A stretch of 64,000 bases of DNA from Azolla caroliniana (Eukaryota > Plantae > Polypodiophyta): positions 6,448,001-6,512,000 of the forward strand of contig JBHGNT010000014.1 of NCBI GenBank assembly GCA_043228905.1. Direction: 5' to 3'. This document shows, piece by piece, positions 12,707-27,001 of the stretch. The position numbers and the translations under genes were made by a program. Numbering within the stretch: position 1 is the stretch's first letter; each line of letters opens with the position of its first letter. The notes below the pieces were generated by a model. It was not told the origin of the DNA. It saw nothing but the letters and a program-made list of their open reading frames with translations, and ran no database searches.

Positions 12707-15700
12707 CAATGTTTGATTGATTGGTACATTCGGTTTGACCATCAATCTTTGGATGATACGCTCCTCGAAGAGAATTTACAATCAATTTGGAGGAGCCCAA
12801 GCAAGTATTTCCAAAATTTTGAAATGAATTGTGGGCCTTGATCATTAACAATGTCATCAAGAAGACCACGATGGCGAAACACTTCACACATAACCAAATA
12901 TGTTGTTTATTTAATAGTCTTTGTGCATGGTAGAAAATGTGCCAATTTACTGAACCAAGCTACAATAATAAGGATGACATCAAAACCTTTGGAAGATACA
13001 GACTTCCACGGACCATCGGGAACTAGTAATAGTTGGAGTAACCCATATGGTCAATGCCGAGACGCTTGGACCAACACCGTGCATCACAACTACGAAGATG
13101 CAGCCACTAATAGCTTTTAGAAACAAATTCCAATATTTTGTGAACTCCAAAATATCCGGCCATTGGCATTTACTTTTTCTATCACTAATTCTTCTTAGTT
13201 CCAAATTTGTGTGCCAAATATGCTCGGAAAGCTCTCATTCTCAGATTTTCCATTAATGTTTTATTTCTCAATCTGGAAATTATGAGCGTTTTTCTCAATC
13301 TGAATCTTCTTAACCATGAGTCGCATTTATTCTACTTTTTGACTTTTTTGAAAACACCTTTATCTTTATCTATTCAAGTTCCTCCCTTTGATTGTTATGA
13401 TACTTGAATCCTTCATATTGAATGTTATTCTTGAGTGTCCTCACGTCCAATGTATATGAAACAATCTTTTCTTTCGAACAAAAATTGATTTCACATTTAG
13501 CCCCCCCCCCCCCCTTGCTTGTTGGGTAAACCATTTATGATGAGCCTAAAATAAAAAGAAAATAAAAAACTCGCTTCGAGCATTCTAGAAATATGTTAGG
13601 TTCTTGTGATCGTCATAGACAATGATTTGATGGAGAGAATGTTATGCACACATAACATAGGTGAGGGTAGGTCACTAATATTTACATAAGTGAACGGTAT
13701 GTTCATTAATGTTAGAAAGGGACCAATGTGATTGGATAGAAAGAATGATAGGTGCATGCATGATCATGATCTTGACAACCAACGATCATAGAGTCATGGA
13801 AACGTTGCCTAATTTAGAAGCGAGAAACCTAGGATTGCAAATCAAGAGGGTGTGTAAGATGAGCATCGATAAGAGGCGACATGGTTGTCGTTGGTAGGAC
13901 ATTGCACCAAAACTCAAGGATATCCCCCTAGAGCTTCGTGAACCTATCTTCTTCGTTTATTCATTGTCATCACCTTCTTCTTCTATTGAACATACCTGAG
14001 ATCTTATGCTTTATTTATTTGTTTGAATATTAGGATTCTTAGTTCTTATTTTATATCTGAAAAATCAGCGTTGTAGTCTTTTATTACAAAAACTTGTAAT
14101 CCTTGTTTTAAAGGGAATTTCTCTCTTAATCTAGCATTTCAGGACTTAATATTATAAAAACCATTCGTAATTTCATATTCTTTGGGTTGATCACATGTTT
14201 CACTCATAACTTTGTGCACTGCTCTACCTTTGACTTTGCCTTACCTTTGACTCTATAGAGCCTTCGACTTTGCCTACCCTTCGCCTCTATAGAGCATTCA
14301 ACTTTTTCTACTCTTCCACTTTGCCTACCCTTCAACTCTCATTGTTAGACCAAACCATGAACGCAATAGGGATAGTCTTAGCAGTGAATCAAGGGATGAT
14401 TTATAGGGAGAGGGATAACAATAGTCTAAGACATTTAGCTTTGTGCCCAAATTGATGTAATAAAAGTTGTCATCTCATTAATAAAGGACGAGTTTGGTTT
14501 TCTGAAAATGGGATTTGCCTCATCTTCTTTGGATTAACTAAGTGAATAAAAAGGGGTAGAAAAAGGTGTAGCAACATGTATGAGATCGAGATTATAGTAA
14601 ACAATACGTGTAAGTATTGGCATAGGTGGAAGTTGTCTAGAATGAACATCTCAAAACCCTAATAAGAGTATCAAATCATCTTTGTTCATTGGAAACTAGA
14701 ATGTTTGAGATATTAAGATGTACAAAAAGATTTGAACTAGACGACTTATCACACATTGAATAAAGTACTACCAAAATCAAACAAGCATTATAATAAGGTT
14801 CAATTTATAAGCCTGGGCAAAGGAAGCAAATTAAATGAGGTTGGCAAGATTAGTAAATTACTTAGATGTTTAGTATTAACCTCAAAAATCTAGGGTTGGA
14901 CTAAGGTCTAGAGACATGGCCTTTTTCTCTTGATGTTTTTGTTAGGGCTTATGGCCGTGCTCATAAAATATGACCCTTCTTTTTTAATGCACATGGAAGA
15001 TTAAATCACTTAGAGTTGTTTAAAATAATTCATCGGGTGTCTTATGTTTCCCAATGAATTGTGACTGATTAGGATATAAACGAGGGGTTATTACGGTCCT
15101 TCCTCGAAATATGTTTATAATGAAGTAAAATCTCAACTTTGTCTTTGAGGTTTTTCTAATATCCTTATTGTGCACAAGGCAATTGTAGTCACAATTTGAA
15201 TGCAATATAGTAAACAAACAATTTTGGAACTATTGAAATTGGGATGGAGCTCAAAATGAGACTCACATCTAACAAAACCAAGTTCTAAAAGCTTAATAAG
15301 TTCTTCCTCCTTATCCCTCATATAAGGCTTTAAGCCCTTGAATAGTTCACCATGAAATCTTCCTATTACGTGGATATCATCCACATATGAGTCAAGTGAA
15401 GCTCAAGAGTTCCATTTCATGTTTAAAATGTAGAAATATGACTAGAGTGAAATCATTGACATATCTAAGTATATATGAATATGTCACAAAAGGAATAACA
15501 ATAGAGTTACTAGCTTGTGCCATCTCCAATATAGGAGGGTCTCGTGACCAAGTCATTGATGTGGGCGATCGTAATGTATTTGCACATGAGTTGGACAAAA
15601 TTTAGGTATTCATCCAAACATAAAATTATAATGTTTGAACAAAGCTCGTCAAACAATATTCGAGAAATTAGCTCACGTCGATACCCCGCTAGACATATAA

Positions 15701-15942
15701 ATTTTGAGAATTAGGTACAATGGTAACACTAAGGTGTTTTAAAAACCACAGGGGTGACATAAAATGCCTTTATCTTTGTTGAGAGTCGAACTCAACTTCC
15801 CATAGAGATAGGGTTCACACTAGCTCATAGACATACCAGGCTAGTTTTGTAAATAGTTGAAAGGGCACTTTCCCTAGCCTAGTTGGTACTTAAACCAACC
15901 TTTTGTAACTTAGTCACTATTGGAAGTAATATACAATTTCTT

Positions 15943-15981
<39 letters not shown>

Positions 15982-18900
15982 GTGTCTTACGTGCACACGC
16001 ACACAATCATCTTCCGTTGCATTAAATCTCTCTCGTTTCTTTACATGGTATCAGAGCGCGTGGTTATCTGATCAAACTCGCTCAACTGTGTTGTGATCAC
16101 AACACCGACGATCATCAGAACCAGTTCAAGCAACAGAGAAGAAATCGAAATCATGAACACTCAGATGGGAAGCGCTCTTCCTACAGAGAAGCTAGATTGA
16201 AAAAACTTCGCATCTTGGGAGTACAAGATGCATTAGTACCTTGTCGGACAAGGCTATTGGAGCTATATTAAAGGTGCCCACGAAACGCAACTCAACCCAA
16301 CACACGCCGACTACCCAACTTGGGAGCAGGCTACGAGCCGTGTGTTGTACTGCCTTGCATCATGCGTTCATGATCACATGCTTGGCTACATTCGAGAGTC
16401 GAAAACGCCGAAAGAGGCATGGGGCAAACTCAAGAAGATTTTTGCAGCCAACACGGTTGCATGTAAACTCCAACTCCGACAGGAGCTAAATAGTATTCAA
16501 CAGGGGGACATGTCAATCGACACCTACACCTTGAAGATCAAGGAGTTGTGCGATGCCCTCATATCGATTAATGTCATCATCGACGATGACGAAATGGTGA
16601 AAATATGCCTCAGAGGCTTGGCACCTCGATTCAACGCAATAAGGTCGGCCATTCTCGCGAGAGAGAATCCTCCCTCCTTCTTCGATTTCAAGTCGATACT
16701 GTTGGTCGAAGAAAATCATATTCGACAAAGCAACAACTCACATGATGGTCATATGCTCTATTTGAACCTCGATGAGGAAGAGGACAAGGTCGAGGAAAAA
16801 GAAGACGATTCGGACGAGGCAAACACAACCAAGAGCAACCCCGTGAAAACAACTTCTACTACCGACAAGACCTGTCAAACACGCAAGGTGGAGTGTCTGG
16901 AAGAAGGGGGAGCCATCTTGCCAGACCAAGCAATCGTAACAACCCGATCGAATGCGAGTATTGCGGAAAACTCGAACACTACAAAGAGGAGTGCCGAAAG
17001 AAGAAGCGAAACTCTGGTTTGACTAGTTGACAACTCACGAATTACGCATCGAATTCCGACTACGACAATCGGAGTAGAATGTTCCCTAAACCCTTATGAC
17101 ATCTCATGAAGATTGGTTCCGGGAATTATGAAAGCCCGAATGGCCTGGATATGTCGAAACAAGTGATCACACAACTCATTCAATACGGCATATCGGGAAC
17201 GTCCCATTCGGAAACGAAAGCAAACAAACCTACCTCAAAAATGTCCTGCATGTCCCAACCATCACGAAAAACTTGGTCTCGGTCGGCCAGATTGTCGAAC
17301 AAGGCGTGCAAGTATGATTCAACATTGACAGATGCTTCATTGAAAAAGACGATCGAGTCATAGCTCACGGTCGTCGAGAAGGCCAAATGTTCATCCTCGA
17401 GTTGAGTGAGGTGAAGTCCGCTATGTTTTCTAATGGCATCAAAGTCGAAACTGAATTGAAACTGTGGCACAAGTGAATTGGCCACATCAACCTTCCGAAG
17501 CTCCACAATATGCAATCAAAAGGAGTCGTAATCAGACTCTCGAACTTTACCAAGAAGGAGATTGCGGGCGTATGCGAGGCGTGCCAGTTCGGAAAACAAT
17601 GCCGACATACATTTCCAAAAGAGCGGAATGTGAGCAAAGGGATCCTGGATGTCGTACGTTAAGATGATTGGGGTCTGTCACAGACAGCCACATTCGGCGG
17701 ATGCCGATATTATGTCACGCTCATCGACGACTTCTCCAGGCACAACTGGATCTACCTGATGAAACACAAGAGCAAAGTGTTCGGCCACTTCCAAAGGTTC
17801 AAAAACGAAGTTGAAAAGGCAACCGGACCGCACGTACGATGTCTTCGATCAGATGGAGGCAATTGAATACTTCTCGGATGAATTTACGACGTATCTCTGA
17901 AAGGAAGGAATTCAACGAGAATTCTCATGCCGGCACATACCTCAGCAAAACGGCGTAGCCGAGCGGAAAAATCGACACATAGTAGAGGTTTCACGGGCGA
18001 TGATGAACGAGAAGAACCTGCTGAAATCATATTGGGCAGAAGCGGCTCACACAATTGGATACCTCATGAACCGATGTACAACCTTAGGAGTACACGACGT
18101 AACCCCATATGAGATGTTTTTTGGAAAGAAGCCGGAGTTATCAAATGCATGTATTTTCCGTTGGATTGCCTATGTGCATATTCCCGATGAAACGCGACAA
18201 AAGCTCGACCCGAAGTCAGAGAAATGTATCCTTGAAGGATAATCACTGGAGCAAAAGGGGTACAAGTGCTATAACCCCTCAACTCGAAAAACTCGAGTAA
18301 GTTGAGACGTCGTATTCGACGAGTCCACATCTTGGTACGCACCAGAGACAACTTCGACTTTGATTCCGCTCGACCCAAAATCCGCCGAAATAGAGATAGA
18401 AGCCGACGATCGGCTCATGCGCATGTTCGAAGAAAGCCCAATTACAACAAGTCTTAGTGGGCCACAAGAGCCTCCGAGCCATCAAAGCACATCTCGGCCA
18501 AGGCCGAAGCTGGACAAAGGGAAGGCGAAAATGCCAGAGTATAAAGAAGATCACTTCGACGACAACGAATCGACTCGCTCCCTCGATAGTGAGCTCGAAG
18601 GCCTTGACATCCGGACAAATGGAGCGAAGAAAGCCTTAGTATCCGCAAACGAGAAGCTCCGTCGGTCCACCCGTCAGCTACAACGATTATATGGTGTACC
18701 ATTACGCCTTTATGATAAAGGTGGCAACAGTACGGGAGCTGGAAACGTTTTCCAAAGCCGCGAAGGACCCTAGATGGGTTGAAGCGATGAATGAGGAGAT
18801 GCAAACACTCTCTAAAAACAATACATGGGATATTGTCCCCCACTCACCGCACAAGAACGCAATCGGATGTAGATGGATTTACAAAGTAAAACACAATGCC

Positions 18901-19881
18901 GATGGCTCCGTAAATCGTTTCAAAGCACGACTCATAGCGAAAGGATACGCACAAACGCATAGAATCGATTATGAGGAGACCTTTGCCCTGGTGGCCAAGA
19001 TGACGATTGTGCGGACTGTAATTGCACTTGCAGCTACAAAAAGGGTGGCATCTCCACCAGATGGACGTAAAGAACGCCTTCCTACAAGGCGAATTAGAAG
19101 AGGTGTACATGACACAATCGCCTGGCTTCAAATCGCGTACTAAGCCGAAAGCCGTGTGCTGACTCAAGAAGCCGATGTATGGTCTTAAGCAAGCACCGCG
19201 TTGTCGTGCCTTTCGGTGCCAGATTGTTTGCGTGAGTCGGGTGGGAACCACTGGGGTTTTGGACTAGGAGGAGGAAGAATTTGAGACAAGTTTATAGTTA
19301 TGGATAGATTATTAGAAAGAGAGATAGAAACTTGTGAATCCCACAAGTATAGATTATTAGATTTATTAATATTTAGAATCCTAATAACAATTTATCATAG
19401 ATTGGAAGAGATAGATTATGTAAAACTTTGTGAATTCTAAGATTATATTAATTGGTGTTTTAGGAAATATATCCAATTTCCCAAATATTTCACACCCCTA
19501 TTACATTGTGCTCCTCATCCTTATATAGTGATGAGATAGTCTTAACAATCCATGCTTTTTCTATAAATAAACTCTATGCTTTTTCTAAAGTGTTCATGCA
19601 CACTAAATGTATGCTTCCTCCGCCCGATTACCGGTTGCCGGCTCTCACATTTCTCCTTTACTCGCAATCCCCTCCGTTTCTCTTGCTATGTCGACTTTGT
19701 CTCTCCATTTTGAGCACATCCATTCTTTCCACCCGAACCATTGTCGCCATCCGATCCACCATATTCTTTGTTCTCTCTTTGCATTGCCATGGTCGGTTGT
19801 CATGGCTCCTTGTGATCCTCTTGCGCATAACCCTTCTTGTCTTGTGCATGTGCCATGCTTCCCACTTTGTTCACCTTTTTC

Positions 19882-21600
19882 CTATAATCTCGCGTTAGAG
19901 TTGATAATCTTCATGTTAGAGCTCACCGTCTTTGTTAAGATCTCATCATTGGTAACACTCTTCAAATCCACTTGGCCCGCTTGGTCCTTGTCGTCCGTGG
20001 TAGTGCCTTTGCTTGGCCTCTTCCTTATCTTTAGCAACCTTGACTTTTTTCCGGATTGGTCTCGCCTGATCGTCTTTCGGTTGAATCGGCTTCCATTCCG
20101 ATTCATATTCACCTGAACCGGACTCGATTGATCTGTTTTTACCGATTCGGTCCCCTTCCGGGTCGGTTTCGACCAATCGGTTTCCGTCCGAATTTGCTTT
20201 CTTTTCTTTGTTTTCACTGGTCTCGACCGGTTTGACTTTCGACACTTCTTTCCAGATCGGTCTCGTCCAATCGGCTTCTGGTTGGAATGATTTCCGTCCG
20301 CGTCGAACTCGACGAATCGGATTTTGTCCGAATCCACTTCCACTTGCTTCAACTTTCGTTTAGATCGGAATTCCGACCGGATCATCTTCCGTCCGGACCC
20401 ACTTCCGGCTTTACATTCTTTGCTCCCACCTCCCATCTCTCTGGTCTCACGTTGGTTCTTGGACACAACCGCCGAAGTCCCTAGAATTACTAGGCAGGAA
20501 TCCTTTGTATTACCATCCTCCATTGTTTCACCCATAGCCACCTTCTCGACTATCTCTCCGTCATATAAATCGGCTTCGACCTTCGTTTTCTCTCCACCAC
20601 CTTTCGTCTCTTCAGTCTCACGTTGCCTTTCGAACGCAACCGCCAAAGTCTCTGGAATCAGTGGTGAGAAAGTTTCGATACGGTCATACGCCATTGATTC
20701 GTCCATAGCCCTCTCCGATTCGATGTCATCTTTCGTGGCAACCTCGTCAATCAAGTCCGCCTCGCACTCTTTATCTCCCTTGATCATGCAAGCATCAATT
20801 ATGCTTACCCCTTTTTCACTCGATGTTTCGGATACTTGTATTCCAAAACCTTCTTCCGTTCTTGAAGTGGTGTTCGCCACTCTCAAGTCATCGACCTTAT
20901 CCTTGGCCGTCGTTCTTTTGCAAGACAAGAGGATGCCTTGTTCCACACCCTCTCCCGTGGTACCGTTGAATCGTACTTCGACCTTCGTATTAGCCACATC
21001 GTTCATCCTTAATCGATCATCCCTTATAGGCCATGTTGTTGCCAACAAGATTCTCTTCTTCCTCTCATCATGTCTCCGGCATACCCTTTCGACGTCGGCC
21101 CAATCCTCAGTAAGGCCATTTGCACCGTCATCATCTTCGAGTTCGATCCCGACGTCCATCCTTTCTTTCCGATCGATCGACTTCACGAACATTAAGACTT
21201 TATCCATCCCCACCAATCATTGTTCCCGCTCTGAGAGTCGAGCAAAATGATGCTCGAACTCTAGGAATGCTTGTGTTGCACTTCGGTGGGTCTTCTCCGA
21301 TGCCACCCATTCGTCGAACTCTCGCCGATCTCGTCCCTTCGATCTCTCGTAGTCATATGCCTCTCGTAAAGCTTCTTCAAAAGACCCCCATGTTGGGTTT
21401 TGTTGCCGTTTCTTGTGAATTCTCTCTTGTAGCTCATCCGTGGCCACCCGACTGAAGGATATCACTTGCAATCCTTCCGGTATCCCATGTCGCATCATCT
21501 CCGCCTTGTAGTCACATAGATAATGTGACACATCCTTTCCGTTGAATTGCCCGTTTCTTTGCACAAGTCGCTCTACTTCCGATTTGATCTCCGACATCAC
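19882..21600 (-). pseudogene. Gag-like ORF with acidic then Lys/Arg-rich tail; one in-frame stop at 21217-21219
   Basis: ORFs 21217-21600 and 19882-21216 are in frame and abut. Confidence 0.75.
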
Positions 21601-22334
21601 ACGTTATTCTTGTTGCATCCGCTCAATCATCATCATCATTATGCTCATCGCCTCTTGTTGATTCTCCATCTCCTTGCCACCCATCTTCACGTCAGGTTCA
21701 CCACTTGTGTCGTGCCTTTCGCCGCCAGATCATTTGCGTGAGTCGGGTGGGAATGGGGTTTTGGACTAGGAGGAGGAAGAATTTGAGACAAGTTTATAGT
21801 TATGGATAGATTATTAGAAAGAGAGATAGAAACTTGTGAATCCCACAAGTATAATGTATTAGATTAATTAATATTTAGATAAGAATATGAATTAAGATTG
21901 AAAGAGAGATATAAGAAACTTGTGAATCCCACAAGTATAGATTATTAGATTTATTAATATTTAGAATCCTAATTACAATTTATCATAGATTGGAAGCGAG
22001 AGATATGGAAACCTTCGTGAATCCCACGAATATAATTTATTAATTATAGGTGTTTTAGGAAATATATCCAATTTCCCAAATATTTCACACCCCCCCCTTA
22101 TTACATTGTGCTCCCCCATCCTTATATAATGATGAGAGAGTTTTTACAATCCATGCTTTTTCTCTAACTATAGACTCCATGCTTTATCTAACATGCTTTT
22201 TTTTCTTCTAAAGTAATCATGCTTTTTCTGACTTGATGCGTTTTTATCGACTATAGTGTTCATGTATGGTACATGTGCATGCGTAGCTTTTTCTTTTATC
22301 ACCCGTTTCTTCTAACTAAAGTTTATCCTAGCGT

Positions 22335-22398
22335 GAACTAATGGTAAGGCTTTACATTATAAACATGGAGGTGCAAGGTTCGAATCTTGCCCTATGCA
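22335..22398 (+). other. Decayed tRNA-like segment (A-box/B-box) inside the LTR
   Basis: aactaatggtaagg...ggttcgaatc; homologous copy at 57380-57445 on the minus strand. Confidence 0.6.
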
Positions 22399-24128
22399 TG
22401 TAACATATATTTTTATACTTTCTTCTATTTACAAATATGTCTCTTCATCCGGTGAGAGACTCTCACCGGCCTTCTTCACCCGGTTCTCACCGGGTCTCCT
22501 TACCGTGTCTCCTTGCCGATTTCTCCTTCATCCGTAGGAACCAAAATGCAAATTTTCACGTAGTGTACGAAATCACTACGACAACGTGCTTGGCATTCGA
22601 AGATCACACAGTATCTTCACCAGATCGGATTTCAAATGTCAAAATCGAAGAACTCCCTCTACATCTGACACGAGTCAAACAACCCAATTGTCATCATCCT
22701 ATACGTGGATGATTTGGTAATCCGAGGACTAAATCTAGCCGATGTCAATACGGTGAAATCACTCCTATCTGGTAGATTTGAAATGAAAGATATGCAAGAG
22801 CTCCATTACTTCCTTGGCATCGAAGTAATTCAGACACCAGTTGGGATCCTGATCTCTCAACGGCACTACGTTTTCAACTTACTCTACGAGTTCGACATGA
22901 CCGAGTGCAAACCTGTGTCTACTCCTCTTGACCGTAATCTCAAGCTCAATGCCGATTACGGCACAGCCGAGTGCAAGCCAACTCAGTATAGCCAACTAAT
23001 CGACAACCTCATCTACCTAACCATCACACGACCTGACCTTAGCTATTATGTCGGCCTAGTTAGCCAATTCATGCAGAACCCATGAAATCTCCTCTTCAAT
23101 TGTGCTAAGTGGATACTTCGGTATGTCAGTGTTATGATGGATTACGACATTATGTACAAGTTGAATATGCTTATTCGACTCAAAGGGTACATAGACACAG
23201 ACTGGGCCGGATATAAGGACGATAGACGATCAACTTCCAGATTCGTCTTCTCCCTTGGCAGCAGAGCGATCTCGTGGAGCAGCAAGAAGCAACCGACAAT
23301 CACACTATCGAGCACGGAGTCTGAATATAGGGGCACGACAGTCACGACATGCGAAGCTGTATGGTTGAAGCGTGTACTAAAGGATCTGGGCGTACCCATC
23401 AAAGATCTGATTTGCTTATACTGCGACAACATGAGCAGTATCTACCTGGCTCGCAACCCCGTATTTCACACACAGACCAAACACATCGAAGTGCACTACC
23501 ACTTCATTTGCGAGCACATTCAGGCTGGCAAAATCGATCTACAACACGTCAGTATGCACCTTCAAGTTGTTGATATCTTTATGAAGGCCTTAGGCGTTGA
23601 CAAGCTCGGGCAATCCGCATCTGACCTTGGTCTCACGATATCTACATTGCCGAGCTTGAGGGGGAGTACAATAGCCGACACGGAAGTAGCCAATCAGACT
23701 AATCAAAGCATGATGGTAGCAGTTGAGCTGAACAAAGAGCATGAAGCCGAAAAGCTGAACAATTAAGTTTGAGGATTACAGAAGCCGGAAGTCGACTCAT
23801 TCAAATTGAAGTACTCCGAAGACCGAACTTTTCGACAAATGGAAGTTGTGTTCGAAGGGGCGTATTGAGAGGCGAACTCAACTTCCCATAGAGATAGGGT
23901 TCACACTAGCTCATGGACATACCAAGCTAGTTTTGTAAATAATTGAAAGGGCAGTTGCCCTAGCCTAGTTGGTACTTAAACCAACCTTTTGTAACTTAGT
24001 CACTGTTGGAAGTAATATACAGTTTCTTTTATTTTAGTTTTGATGATTGGATAAACACTCATTTTTGTTGTAAACCAATTGTCTCATGGGCCAAATTTGG
24101 CCTTAGAAGACGTTAATATATCTTTCTT

Positions 24129-24175
<47 letters not shown>

Positions 24176-25635
24176 GTCTTATGTGCACATGCACACAATC
24201 ATCTTCCGCTGCACTAAATCTCTCTTGTTTCTTTACAATCTTATCTCTATCTCAAATGTTCATGCTATCTCCCTGAGGCTCAACCATGTTGTCTACCTAG
24301 AGGCATTGTTCACACACACAATTTCACAAATGAAATGTAATCATTGTGCCCACAAAAGTGGTTTCGGCTCTTTTATTCCGTTATAAGGACCCCAAATTGC
24401 ACATTGATGTAGTATAAGTGTACATGCATGCCAATAAATAACTATTGAAAACAACATTAGACTATATTGTTATGGGTTATTTGTCAAATATTGACTACAC
24501 ATAATGATGTATTCGACATCTCTTTAGATGTACAATGTGACGGTCTAAGAGCCCTACACGTATATGAACAAGATAAGCCAAAGGCTTGTTCCCGTATTTG
24601 AACATGGTTTAAGACCATGTGATTGTAACCTCGGATTCCAACCAAGAACATTGTGAAACATGTTCAGTAAAAGTCAAGTATTACATTGCAATGGACATAT
24701 ACGATAGATTAGCCAAATTTGAACAGGAAATCAACATTGCAAGATTGACCAAGATATGTGTGTAACATAGTCTATGATATGTCCTCGTAATGAAAGAATT
24801 TTGTTTTCCCAATATCCGTGCTCGGGTGGTGTGAATTGGGCAACTCCTTCGATTCATGGCCTTAGGTTGGCGAAGTGTGAACTAAGGAAAAATCCATTTG
24901 GTCATACCAACAGAAAAATTGGTAGAAAACGAGGAGTAATGTGTGTGTGGTGCTCTATTTTATAGTGTCAGGATGTGAAACGTATAAACCGGGAAATAAC
25001 ATCTAAAAATATATAATTTTCTTAGAATATTGTGTGTATCATATTGTGCTTATGTGCATTTCACAATATACCTCACTTGAGAGAAAGCACTAGTGTACGT
25101 TAGAAATATCTATATATGTAGTGATCGCTATTGACTAAAAGAAGCACACCTAGCTATATATGTAGCTACATGAGTGGATGTGTGTGTGTATACATATATC
25201 GCCTATTTTATCAACACGAAATGCACATTTTATATAGCTTTAAAGCGATAGAAATGTATACATGTCGTGTGAATTATAGAATAGATGTATATTAATATAT
25301 GGAGAAAAAAGTAGAGCTCCCTAAAGAAAACGAGTCATATATGTAGGTATGTACATATAGGCAAACGAATCACTCCATATACATATATACATATGCGAAT
25401 ATTGGGAGCCAATGATTTAAACTAGTATGTATATATTTTGATATCTATCATAATCCACATTACAATTTCCCAATGAGCTTTCCTTGGATTTGACATAAAT
25501 AATCTAAAATGGTTGGTCGTGTATGTATATGTAGACCATCCATCACATATATGTACATTATGTACATTAGACTCCCATCCCAATCAATGGTTGAGACATA
25601 GCGATAGATATCCTGGGTGTTGATGGGTGGGGTGA

Positions 25636-25657
25636 GCATACATATACATATATACAT

Positions 25658-25742
<85 letters not shown>

Positions 25743-25746
25743 TATA
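25636..25746. repeat. (TACATA)n microsatellite
   Basis: Direct inspection. Confidence 0.95.
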
Positions 25747-26463
25747 GTTAGTTCTTCGCTGATATCAGAGGGACCATCCCTGCTTGCTTCTGATGCTGAT
25801 GCTGATGCTGATTGCTCTCTCTCCTTCCTCTTCCTTCTACTTCTCTTCGTGTAGAAGCACAAGCACCATTAACGAACGAACGATGTCCTTTCCTTCTCTG
25901 CCTCCTTCAGCTTCTTCTCTGGTCAGAGATCTTCTTCTTCATCTTCGTCTTTCTTCTTCTTTTCCTTCATCATCATCACCATTACCATTATTACCACTGT
26001 CTTCTCTTTCTGTCTTTGTGGCCTCGCCCACGTTGCACCATATCCAACTTCACATGGACATAGCTCAATTTGCTCTTTGCATCTTCTTCCTCATCTGGCT
26101 GGTCCTAGGAACTCTAGGGAACTCATTGCTTTTTTGCTTCTTCTTCTAAGTTGCTTCCTCCAATAGCATGTGCACCTATAATTCTTCGTCTTGAGAAAGC
26201 TTCGGATTCCCTATCATTAGCTAGCTCTACAATGACAATCAAAGGAGGATTCTTCTTTCTTCTTCTGTAGAAAACTAACAATCTGTCTTTCTATGTCCTT
26301 CTCTGGTTCTTCAGACCATTCATTCCTTCCGCCTTCCATTTCTTCTTCTTCTCCTTCATCGTTTTTCCCTCTTCTGCTTCTTCTTTCAATCTTTCTTCTT
26401 CTATTAATTCCTCTCCTGCTTTCTCTCTTTCTTCCTTCAATGCTTTGATTTGCAGAGCTTAGT

Positions 26464-26856
26464 TATTACGATCCTGATCGACTATTAGATATAATATAAT
26501 CTGTGCAGCAGAGACTCAACCCGACACATACGACACAACAAAAAATAGAAAATACAGAGCGTAGTCGACACAACAGATACTCTAACTACTCAAAACTTAT
26601 ATTAACCAACATAGTCCGATACAAATATAATACTCTCGGTCACCTTTTTATAGGTGATCCGAGAGTCTCTTCCCAAGATTACACTTGCCTCGTTCGGCAA
26701 GAACCTACCGTTATAACAAAATTGTTCTATTTCTTACATTACTATATTTTTATACTCGGCCACAATTAAATTTCAAAATTTGTCCTTTCATACTTATACG
26801 CTTTCCAACTTCGATTTTGACTTCGACTTGCCCCTCGGGTAGTCGATCGGCTAACA
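26464..26856. mobile_element. Possible solo LTR
   Basis: About 390 bp ending in ctaaca; internal acttatatta...ttatagg arrangement resembles the LTR at 34470-34540; left end and TSD unclear. Confidence 0.3.
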
Positions 26857-27001
26857 CTTAACTATGAAATCTATCTCTTCTATGTTGGAGGGGATTGATC
26901 TTTGGATAATCAAAAGTGACTCGCCAAAGGTGTTTTAACTAGCTTGGCATCACCCATTTTAAATCTCTACAGACCATGACTAATGTACTCTGAGTTAGAT
27001 C

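Larger units (their letters stand above)
6410..13200 (-). mobile_element. Old Ty3/gypsy (chromovirus-like) integrase remnant, split by the copia at 7005-12706 (pieces ~6410-7004 and 12707-~13200)
   Basis: AYHPKIDGQTECTNQ (12669-12887) continues across the insertion into WVDYLHFAEF; GPY motif LGPY...FRLDLP...HRVFYVSLLEPY in ORF 6308-6628. Confidence 0.8.
19202..22583 (-). mobile_element. Non-autonomous gag-only Gypsy-lineage LTR element, tRNA-Trp PBS, 4-bp TSD GCGT/ACGT
   Basis: LTR-homologous blocks start tgtcgtgcctttcg at 19202 and 21708; right LTR ends acgaca at 22583; PBS 21703-21686; gag at 21600-19882 (FNGKDVSHYL, KVLMFVKSID...DGANGLTEDW) is homologous to gag at 46864-45668; no pol motifs seen. 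Confidence 0.85.
15777..24237 (+). mobile_element. Ty1/copia element (degenerate gag-pol), TSD ATCTT, RT interrupted by a Gypsy-lineage insertion at 19202-22583
   Basis: LTRs 15777-16045 (with a ~100-bp deletion) and 23863-24237; PBS TGGTATCAGAGC at 16046; TSD at 15772-15776 and 24238-24242; gag, INT, RT and RNase H fragments in ORFs 16342-17022, 18691-19143, 22705-23766. Confidence 0.93.

Noticed and set aside
20324-21250. Long plus-strand ORF (308 aa); similar antisense ORFs at 45795-46562 and 10562-11215
   Set aside because: Antisense shadows of gag/pol frames with low-complexity Ser/Leu-rich translations
22335-22398. Functional tRNA gene
   Set aside because: Acceptor and anticodon stems do not pair cleanly; reported only as a tRNA-derived remnant
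25784-26450. Possible gene in a CT-rich region with short ORFs
   Set aside because: Low-complexity sequence with no recognisable domain or consistent exon structure
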